Shown one piece after another: positions 49,229-56,946 of a stretch of 64,000 nucleotides of DNA (the first letter of the stretch is position 1; each line of letters starts with the position of its first letter). Source of the stretch: a bacterium (GTDB taxonomy: Bacteria; Patescibacteriota; Minisyncoccia; Phycocordibacterales; UBA12088); contig QKEV01000008.1 of assembly GCA_003252295.1 (NCBI GenBank), positions 21,574-85,573 on the forward strand, in the 5' to 3' direction. The position numbers and the translations under genes are program-made. The notes below the pieces were generated by a model. The model did not search any database and was not told where the DNA came from. It was given only the letters and a program-made list of their open reading frames with translations.

Positions 49229-50678
49229 CATACTACAGTCAGTCAAAGAGTATGTAGATCGTTCCCCAAAGATGTTCATCTTTTCGGGGTCTTTGCTATG
49301 GCTCTCAGTTGTTGTTCCTTTCATTTATACCTTTGGTAACATGCCGAGTACTATTCCTGTTTTACCAGGTGACCCTGGTGAGTATGTTGTTTTAGGTAAC
49401 GCTATCTTGAACCATGAGGTGTACAGTTTGTCTGAAGGTAATGAGAAGTTTTTTGATAGTTTCCGCACACCCGGGTATCCGGTTTTTATCGCATTAGTGT
49501 CAGACCTGTTTGGCTCACTAGACTATGTTATAGTCGTGCAACTACTTCTCTACGCTGCCTCTGCGGTACTCATCTTTAGTCTAGGAGAAATACTCTTTGA
49601 TAGGAAAGTTGCGTGGCTTACAACGATTCTGTGGATGATAAATCCTTCCGGAATATTTCATGCTTCATTTATTTGGACTGATTTCTTTTTTACTTTTGTA
49701 CTACTACTTTCTATCTCTACAGCTCTGTGGGCATATGCCAGTAAGGGGTATACTCACATACTCACTATTGCTTCAGGGTTGCTGCTTGGCTACGCGATTC
49801 TTGTGAGGCCTGTTGCTCAGTTTCTGCCCGTAATGGTCTTTCTCATACTTGCATTACTGTTGCTGTCTAAAGTGACAAGGTGTTTTGTTGGTAAAAAAGG
49901 TTTGCTACTGATTTTTCTGTGGTTTGTTTCTTGTGTGGTTGTTGTCTCACCATGGTCAGTGAGGAACTATGTACGCTTTGATACCTTTGAAATCTCTTCA
50001 GTGAGCGCCTTTAATCTTCTCTACTACAACCTTACCGAGCATAATGCATACGAGAAGGGACTGCCTACTCCTGAGCAGCTAATCCCAGAAAGTGTCCCAT
50101 CGTATGATAAATCCCTGTTCCGGTCTTTTGTGTACCAAGAGTTGTATACAAATATTGCGAAGCGTTACCTACAGGAACATTGGTTTTCATATTTGAAATT
50201 TCATTTAGTAAAAACTACAGCATTCTTCATCGCTCCAAGTTATACCGATCTTGGCTTACTATTTTTCCCAGACATCGAGAAGACGTACAGAAGCGTTAGT
50301 TTGTCTTCGATAGCGTTGCATTTTGATGTAAAAAGTCTTTTCTCTCTCGTGTACTCACAAGTGAAGGTAGGGGACTACTCTTTTGTTTTGTACTTGGCAA
50401 ATGCTGTCTTTTGGGTGTACCTCTTCATGTTCTCTACCGTGACTCTAGTTGTCTCTCTACTTAAAAAACCAAGAACAATGGAAACTTTTGTGATACTTTC
50501 GTTTGCGCTCTTGGTGTTATACTTTGCAGTACTCACTGGTCCGGTAGCAATAGCTAGGTATCGGTTGCCCGTTGAGCCGTATGTTCTACTCACCGCTGTG
50601 GCTGGATGCACGTACTTGTGCAGGTACCTGAAGAGTGGAAGGTTGAGTATGAAAAAGAATGGTTACGTAGGTATGTAA
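49191..50678 (+). CDS. Polytopic membrane protein, probable GT-C glycosyltransferase (ArnT/PMT-like); start uncertain (alt. 49269)
   Basis: About 11 TM helices. There is a conserved RTPGYP loop and a DxxE-like motif (DPGEY). It overlaps the upstream gene by 38 nt if the start is taken at 49191. Confidence 0.5.
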   Translation: MRKRNIMRRKVHSILQSVKEYVDRSPKMFIFSGSLLWLSVVVPFIYTFGNMPSTIPVLPGDPGEYVVLGNAILNHEVYSLSEGNEKFFDSFRTPGYPVFIALVSDLFGSLDYVIVVQLLLYAASAVLIFSLGEILFDRKVAWLTTILWMINPSGIFHASFIWTDFFFTFVLLLSISTALWAYASKGYTHILTIASGLLLGYAILVRPVAQFLPVMVFLILALLLLSKVTRCFVGKKGLLLIFLWFVSCVVVVSPWSVRNYVRFDTFEISSVSAFNLLYYNLTEHNAYEKGLPTPEQLIPESVPSYDKSLFRSFVYQELYTNIAKRYLQEHWFSYLKFHLVKTTAFFIAPSYTDLGLLFFPDIEKTYRSVSLSSIALHFDVKSLFSLVYSQVKVGDYSFVLYLANAVFWVYLFMFSTVTLVVSLLKKPRTMETFVILSFALLVLYFAVLTGPVAIARYRLPVEPYVLLTAVAGCTYLCRYLKSGRLSMKKNGYVGM

Positions 50679-50723
50679 TTAATTATATACCTAGAAATTT
50701 CTTTTTCAGTTACATGTTACAGT

Positions 50724-51785
50724 ATGCGTATTATGAGTAAGACAGTGCTCTATTTTGGAAATATTGATATGGAAAACTCCCGTAACAAGGTGTTTTCTTT
50801 GGGGTTGAAGCGTAATGGTGTAGAAGTGCATACATGTACCAGTACTGCAAAAGGTCTTAAGAAGTTTTGGAGACTATATAAAAAACATAAAGAGTTTAGA
50901 GATAAATACAGTGCTCTTATTGTTGGCTACGGTGGACGTATTACCGTGCCTCTTGCAAAACTCATCTCAGACAAACCGGTCATCTTTGATGCACTTTGCT
51001 CATACTACGAGACGGAAATACTTTCTCGAGATGCACTCAAAGAGTATCCGTTTCGAAATGCACGGGTGAGGTTTGTAGACTGGGTGTCTACCAAGTTTGC
51101 TGACAAAGTGCTTGTAGAGACACAAAAACAAAAGGAGTACTTCATAGAAAAACTAAAGGTGCCTGAAGAGAAACTTGTTGTTGTGTACACAGGGGTAGAC
51201 GATACTACGTTCGTACTAGATTCAGGGGTAGAAAAGTTTGAGAAGTTTACTGTGCTCTTTCGCGGGAGAATAATGATAGAGGCGGGAGTGCCTACTGTGG
51301 TGAGAGCTGCAAAGCTTTTGGAGGATGAAGATATACATTTTCTCATCCTAGGATACGGTCATGACAGGGCAAACAAAGAGTTTCAGGAAAGTTTAGAAAA
51401 GGAAGACCCAGGCAACCTAGAGGTGATAGACTGGCATGTGAGGTTTGATGAGTTAGTAGAGTACACGCAACGATCTCACATATCACTTGGGCAGTTTGCA
51501 GATCATGAACGTTTGAAGCGGACAGTACCACATAAGGCGTACGAAGCGATGGTGATGAAGCTTCCATATATTACAGCACGGACTGAGGGTATCAGTGAGA
51601 TACTAGAGGATGGTAAGCATTGCCTCATGACTAATCCAGAAGATGCAGAAGGTTTGGCACAGCAGATAAAGAAACTCTATGAAGACCAATCATTAAGAGA
51701 GAAGTTATCAGAAGAGTCACGTGCACTCTATGAGCAAAAGTTTACTCCAAAGGAGATAGTAAAACCTTTATTAGAAATATTGTAG
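50724..51785 (+). CDS. Glycosyltransferase (GT-B, GT4-like)
   Basis: C-terminal GT-B region and gene context. The motifs are divergent. Confidence 0.55.
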   Translation: MRIMSKTVLYFGNIDMENSRNKVFSLGLKRNGVEVHTCTSTAKGLKKFWRLYKKHKEFRDKYSALIVGYGGRITVPLAKLISDKPVIFDALCSYYETEILSRDALKEYPFRNARVRFVDWVSTKFADKVLVETQKQKEYFIEKLKVPEEKLVVVYTGVDDTTFVLDSGVEKFEKFTVLFRGRIMIEAGVPTVVRAAKLLEDEDIHFLILGYGHDRANKEFQESLEKEDPGNLEVIDWHVRFDELVEYTQRSHISLGQFADHERLKRTVPHKAYEAMVMKLPYITARTEGISEILEDGKHCLMTNPEDAEGLAQQIKKLYEDQSLREKLSEESRALYEQKFTPKEIVKPLLEIL

Positions 51786-51795
51786 TAGAAAAAAT

Positions 51796-52446
51796 ATGAT
51801 AGCAACTTTAAAAAGGATTCGGGTAAAAATTTTAAACAAGATACGTGAAGGGAAACAGCAATTTGGCTTTTTACAGAGAAAGTATATTACGCCAAAGATA
51901 CCTGAAAATGAAGATGGTAAGGTGTATGTAAACTTAGGGTGTGGGGTAAATACCTCAGAGGAGTTTATTAATGTAGACACGAGAGGGTTCCCACACACGC
52001 ACTACATTCATGAGGTGGAAGACCTTTCTATGTTTGAGGATGGTTCTGTAGATTTACTGTATGCGAGTCATTTACTGGAGCATGTGGACAGGTCAAAAGT
52101 TCCTACAGTACTTAAAGAGTGGAAACGTGTTTTAAAGAGTGGAGGTGTGTTGCGTTTTGGAGTACCTGACTTTGATGGTTTGGTGGAAGTGTACAACGCA
52201 AACAAAAAGAATATTGAGTCGATAATGGCACCACTCATGGGCGGTGAGGGGAAGTATGATGATCATCATACAGCTTGGAATTTTGCATATGCTGAGAAAC
52301 TGCTAAAAGAAGCAGGGTATAGCGTAGTACGAACATGGGATCCGGAAAAAGTTGAGCACCATGATTTTAGTGACAAAACCATGCGAAAAATCGAAGTTGG
52401 AGAAAGAAAAATATCAATTAGTTTAAATGTTGAAGCGGTGAAGTAG
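51796..52446 (+). CDS. Class I SAM-dependent methyltransferase
   Basis: VYVNLGCGVNT (motif I) ... LLYASHLLEHV ... GGVLRFGVPD. Confidence 0.75.
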   Translation: MIATLKRIRVKILNKIREGKQQFGFLQRKYITPKIPENEDGKVYVNLGCGVNTSEEFINVDTRGFPHTHYIHEVEDLSMFEDGSVDLLYASHLLEHVDRSKVPTVLKEWKRVLKSGGVLRFGVPDFDGLVEVYNANKKNIESIMAPLMGGEGKYDDHHTAWNFAYAEKLLKEAGYSVVRTWDPEKVEHHDFSDKTMRKIEVGERKISISLNVEAVK

Positions 52447-52453
52447 GAAACGA

Positions 52454-53164
52454 CTATTCTCTAATAAAAAGAGAATCCTCAAAGAGTGGAAGCATGTTTT
52501 TACTGTTTCTTTTAGTACCAACATCCCCTTTGTATGTAAAACCAAGGTTTGTTAGTAGTGTATAGATATCAGCAAAGAGTGGTTGTCCTTTGTATAATTC
52601 GTAGTAAGCAGTTTCTATCAGTATTATGGAAGTTTCCTCAATGATGTTTTTTGCTCCAGAGAGCACCTTGTCTTCGTATCCTTGCACGTCAAGTTTTAAA
52701 AGAATCTCTTTCTTTAAGTTGTTTGCAGATAAGACAGTATCAAGAGTTTTCACGATTATCTTTTCTTCAGTTGTATCTTTTGTAAAAGGAAAAATTTCTT
52801 CTGCAAAGGCTGAGTTTTCAAGTATTGATGAACTTGGTGCGTAGGCATTTTTGTTCATTGATACTTCTTCGTTTTTGTCACCAAGTGCGAAGTTGAGCGC
52901 TGTAAAGTTTTTATCTTCACTAAAGTTTTCCTTTAAGGTTTTAAAGGTTTCTTGCAGTGGTTCAAAAGAGTAAATAGTAGCATCAGGTAAAACAGTCCTT
53001 ATGTCTGTTGCAAATTGACCAATGTTTGCACCTGCATCGATAACTGTTTCGATTTTATACTCATTTAAAAATAGGTAAGGGTGAAGATCTCCTGTATATT
53101 TTGTTACTTGTAAGCCCAATTTATTTACCGTCTTTTTTGTTATTTCTTTTGGTTTTGTTTTCAT
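52454..53164 (-). CDS. FkbM-family methyltransferase
   Basis: TVIDAGANIGQFA together with FALGD are typical of Methyltransf_21/FkbM. Confidence 0.75.
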   Translation of the reverse strand: MKTKPKEITKKTVNKLGLQVTKYTGDLHPYLFLNEYKIETVIDAGANIGQFATDIRTVLPDATIYSFEPLQETFKTLKENFSEDKNFTALNFALGDKNEEVSMNKNAYAPSSSILENSAFAEEIFPFTKDTTEEKIIVKTLDTVLSANNLKKEILLKLDVQGYEDKVLSGAKNIIEETSIILIETAYYELYKGQPLFADIYTLLTNLGFTYKGDVGTKRNSKNMLPLFEDSLFIRE

Positions 53165-53173
53165 AAAATTAGA

Positions 53174-54430
53174 TCAATGTTTTATTTTTTCAATACTTTC
53201 GTGTGCAAAAAGATATGATACTTGTAGATAAACAACACTATAAAGTAACTTTACAAATATTGCACCCCAAATACCGTATAAGAAGATGCAAACAATTGAC
53301 AAGATTATCTTAAAGAAGGGAAGTGTTACGTGAAGTATGTATAGAGATTTTTTTTCATAATTTGCCCATAGGGTAGGGATTAATATATAAGATGGTAAAA
53401 GAATTAAGGATAATACGTACACCTGTGAGTAAGGTAGTGAACTAAGGTAGTTTGAAAAGAAAAGTTTGTATCCAAATGGTGCAAGTAAAAGGTAAAAAAC
53501 CATGATCACTGATGCTATAAGTAGAAGCTGTTTTGTTTTTCTCCTTATACTATCCCAAGTCTTATGTTTATTTTCTGCAAGTTTTGGAAGCGCTAAGGGT
53601 GTTAATGATGTAAAAAGTGCTCTTAACCTGTCAGGTATGAGTACCGCAAAAGAGTAGATTGCAAGTTGCACTGGTCCAAGCAGGTGATAGATAATAATAT
53701 TATCTGTCTGTTGTGCCATTGAGTTTAGGATATTTGTCAAACTTTGATGTTTGGTGTAGGAAATATCCGACATATCAATTTCACTGTTTGTGGTCGGATA
53801 TTTTTTTTGTATAAAAAAGCAAAAAAAGGTATTTACTAATCCATTAACAACAAAATAAGCACATACTAACCAAATGGCACTTGGTGCAAAAAAGATCACA
53901 TAAACTGTTACTAAAAAGTAGACCAGAGTGGTTATGTTTGAGTACATTGTTGAGGTGCGGAACATTTTTTTACCTCTCAGAAAAGCCTGGTAGGTATTCA
54001 TCGTGTTTGACAGGGGACCAAAGATAGCAACAATTATAAATGAAATAGCATATGCTATGTTTTCGTTATAGAGATAGTACACTGCAAGAAATAAGGAAAA
54101 AAGAAAATACAACAGGGACCATTTCAATTGTATTTTGATAGATTTTTTAAACATACTGTCACGTCCTTGAGCCACAGCACGTATGACAGTAGTGTTCATA
54201 CCGGTGAGTGTAAAAGCGCTTAGAAGAGCAGCTGTAGAGAATATGTATTTATAAATACCGTAGGTATTTGGGTCAACAAAATTGGCAAGTAGTATTGAGA
54301 GTGTAAACGAGGATATTATTCCAACAATTTGTCCAACACCTAACCAGAAACCATTCTCTCCAATGTAAATCATGTCAGTCTTTGTGTAACGTTCAGTCCA
54401 CTTAAGAAACCTGTATATTTTGCTTTGCAT
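53174..54430 (-). CDS. Wzx-type oligosaccharide flippase (MOP/polysaccharide biosynthesis protein family)
   Basis: 418 aa with about 12 TM helices. The N-terminal region is MOP-flippase-like. Confidence 0.7.
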   Translation of the reverse strand: MQSKIYRFLKWTERYTKTDMIYIGENGFWLGVGQIVGIISSFTLSILLANFVDPNTYGIYKYIFSTAALLSAFTLTGMNTTVIRAVAQGRDSMFKKSIKIQLKWSLLYFLFSLFLAVYYLYNENIAYAISFIIVAIFGPLSNTMNTYQAFLRGKKMFRTSTMYSNITTLVYFLVTVYVIFFAPSAIWLVCAYFVVNGLVNTFFCFFIQKKYPTTNSEIDMSDISYTKHQSLTNILNSMAQQTDNIIIYHLLGPVQLAIYSFAVLIPDRLRALFTSLTPLALPKLAENKHKTWDSIRRKTKQLLLIASVIMVFYLLLAPFGYKLFFSNYLSSLPYSQVYVLSLILLPSYILIPTLWANYEKKSLYILHVTLPFFKIILSIVCIFLYGIWGAIFVKLLYSVVYLQVSYLFAHESIEKIKH

Positions 54431-54548
54431 GTATGGTAATTATAACCATAAAATATACATAAAAGTTGTGTAAATAACATATGTGACAACAGTAGTTTTT
54501 ATGTATCTTTGTTTTGTTATTAAAAGTAACAAATGATACAATCTGCAA

Positions 54549-55334
54549 ATGTCTGTTGAGGAGTATGCAGAAATGGTCAAAGATGTTAGCTCACTTTCTC
54601 TTGAGTATTACAAGAGGAGTGTTGAAGTTACCTACAAAGAAGATGACTCGCCACTCACTGAAGCGGACAGAGTGGTGCATAGGCATCTGGTTTCCGAACT
54701 ATCAAAGACAAACATACCAGTGCTTTCTGAGGAGGGGAATCAGGAGGTGAGTTCTACTGATGGGGAACTATGGGTGATTGATCCAATAGATGGTACAAAG
54801 GATTTTATACAAGGAACTGATCAATTCTCAACGATGGTTGCTCTAGTGCAGGACGGTGTGCCGATTATGGGTATAGTATACGCACCAGCACTAGATGAGC
54901 TTTACTTTGCTGAGAAAGGAAAAGGTGCCTACTTACAAGTGGGTGACAAGGTGGAACGTTTGACTGTTTCTGATAGAGGAGACCTTGCTGACGCGACACT
55001 TGTAGTGAGTCGTAACCACGGAAGTCCCGAGTATGAGGAAAAGCTTGAGGAGATTGGTGTTAAAAAGAGGGAGAAAGGGTCTATAGGAATAAAACTTGGT
55101 GAGATAGCAAAAGGTGATGCCGAAGTATACGTAAATCACTACCGTAAGCTTGGTTGGTGGGATGTGCTTGCGCCACAGATCATACTTGAGGAGGCGGGAG
55201 GTAAGGTGACTGGTTTGAGTGGAGAGGTGTTGCGGTATGATGAGCCGCCGTATCAGGTAGTGGAGGGTGTGCTTGCATCAAACGAGTTACTGCATGATTC
55301 TGTACTTGTAAGTTTTAACGAGATAGAAAGATAA
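54549..55334 (+). CDS. Inositol-monophosphatase-fold phosphatase, CysQ-like 3'(2'),5'-bisphosphate nucleotidase
   Basis: WVIDPIDGTKDF metal-binding motif and EEG...D pattern. The length is ~260 aa. Confidence 0.7.
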   Translation: MSVEEYAEMVKDVSSLSLEYYKRSVEVTYKEDDSPLTEADRVVHRHLVSELSKTNIPVLSEEGNQEVSSTDGELWVIDPIDGTKDFIQGTDQFSTMVALVQDGVPIMGIVYAPALDELYFAEKGKGAYLQVGDKVERLTVSDRGDLADATLVVSRNHGSPEYEEKLEEIGVKKREKGSIGIKLGEIAKGDAEVYVNHYRKLGWWDVLAPQIILEEAGGKVTGLSGEVLRYDEPPYQVVEGVLASNELLHDSVLVSFNEIER

Positions 55335-55353
55335 CCTATGGAGGAAGAATGTA

Positions 55354-55800
55354 GTGTTAGTCTTACAGCAAGTAACAATGGTTTTGTGCACTGGCTTTAT
55401 GGGCTTTTTGGTACCTGGTAAAACCACTGTTGCCGATAGAGTCTATAAAGAGGTACATGGGAAAGGTTTACCTATTGTGCGACTTGATGGTGACGTCGTA
55501 AGAGAAAATCTAACCGAAGACTTAGGTTTTAGTTGAGAAGATAGAAATGAAAATACACGCCGTGTTGGTTTTGTTGCTGACCTTTTGAGTAAGAATGGTG
55601 TAGTTGTGTTATCGTCGTTTATTACAGCTTATGAAGAGTGGAGAAAATGGCTCAGAGAGAGGGGATGCTTTCGTTTATAGGAATTTCGGACGTGTTTGAA
55701 ACTCCAGAAAAAACAGATGTTTGTTTGCAGTGGAGTGAAAAGTCAGCAGAAGAGAGTAAAACCCATTATTGATTATTTGAAAGAGGGTAGGATGATTTGA
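55354..55800 (+). pseudogene. cysC: Adenylyl-sulfate (APS) kinase gene disrupted by an in-frame TGA, a frameshift and an internal deletion
   Basis: The first frame has GFLVPGKTT (P-loop) and VRLDGDVVRENLTEDLGFS, followed by a stop. Downstream reads EDRNENTRRVGFVADLL...VVLSSFI, then in shifted frames DVFETPEKTDVCLQ and KPIIDYLKEGRMI. These match APS-kinase blocks LDGDNVRxxLxxDLGFS, DRxENIRR, FISP, EVFVDTPLEVCEQ and ILDYLKERG. Confidence 0.65.
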
Positions 55801-55826
55801 TAAAAAAGTGCTTCTTTTATATTTCG

Positions 55827-56882
55827 TTAAGAATTATGGATTTTTTTTAAAAATTTCGATAATTCTCTTGCATAAATTTCAGCATCTGCATTTTTGACAA
55901 CAAAATCTCGAGCATTCTTTCCTAAAAATTTTCTTTTGTTTTCATTATTGTATAAATCTCGAATTGCTTTTTGCATTGCCTTCACATCGTGTTTGGGCAC
56001 AAAGACACCATTCTTTCCATCTTGTATATAGGAAGATAGGGCTTTTGTTTTTGTAGCTATTATAGCCTTTCCGCTTGCCATGGCTTCAATAACTACATAT
56101 GTTCCCATTGAATCATTGTTGTCTTCTTTCATGTTTAGTCCGACAATGTTGATCCTTGCTCTATTGTAAAGTTTTTTCATTTCTTCATGAGTATAAAATC
56201 TTGCAGTTACATTTTTTGGTAAGGGTTCATACTGTGCCACTCGCTCTGGTTTGGTTGCGATGTGTAACTGAATTTCTGGTAATCCTTTCATTGCTTCGAT
56301 AAGTGTTCCAAAGTCGCGACTTGGATCAAGTCCAACAGAAATAATGTAGTCTCCTTCTTCCGTATCTGATGGTGTAAAATATTTTGTATCAACACCTTCA
56401 AATAAAAATTTTGCGCGTTCTCCCATATAAGGGAACATTTTTCGTAAAGAATCTTCTTCTGCTTGTGAAAGTGCCACAATACCATCAGCTTTTGAAACAG
56501 CATATTTAAAAAGTTTTGTCCTAAGTGTTTTTTCTTTTTCTATGGTACCAGTAATATTTGCATCATAAATAACCCACTTCGGTCTAGGTAAATGAAAAAT
56601 TGCTTTAAAGAGCAGGGATGCATAAGCTCCTCCTGTGAAAACGATATCATACTTAAAAAAGTATGGGAAAAAAGGTAAATGCATCCAAAAAATATTTAAA
56701 ATCCTTCTCCATACTTTTGCTACGGGATTGGGAAGTATGTGTTCAGGGTCAAAAAAATTTGTTTCAATACCATATTTTCTTATGCGGTACATACCAATAA
56801 AATGGTTGTCATGACCTTTGCCAGATTCAAAATTTTTTGCTTGTTCAATACGAGGACGACTGAACAAAAATAACACCTTCAT
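55827..56882 (-). CDS. Glycosyltransferase family 4
   Basis: GT4 C-terminal region (VIEAMASGKAIIATK). Confidence 0.75.
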   Translation of the reverse strand: MKVLFLFSRPRIEQAKNFESGKGHDNHFIGMYRIRKYGIETNFFDPEHILPNPVAKVWRRILNIFWMHLPFFPYFFKYDIVFTGGAYASLLFKAIFHLPRPKWVIYDANITGTIEKEKTLRTKLFKYAVSKADGIVALSQAEEDSLRKMFPYMGERAKFLFEGVDTKYFTPSDTEEGDYIISVGLDPSRDFGTLIEAMKGLPEIQLHIATKPERVAQYEPLPKNVTARFYTHEEMKKLYNRARINIVGLNMKEDNNDSMGTYVVIEAMASGKAIIATKTKALSSYIQDGKNGVFVPKHDVKAMQKAIRDLYNNENKRKFLGKNARDFVVKNADAEIYARELSKFLKKIHNS

Positions 56883-56946
56883 AAAATATTTATTACATTA
56901 GTGATTGTAACATTAGTATAGTTAAAATTGTTAACAAGAAATAAAA

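Noticed and set aside
55354-55800. Possibility that the TGA inside cysC is a recoded sense codon (code 25, UGA=Gly)
   Set aside because: The stop aligns with Asp or Glu in homologs. A frameshift and a deletion are also present. Other genes in the window use TGA as a genuine stop.
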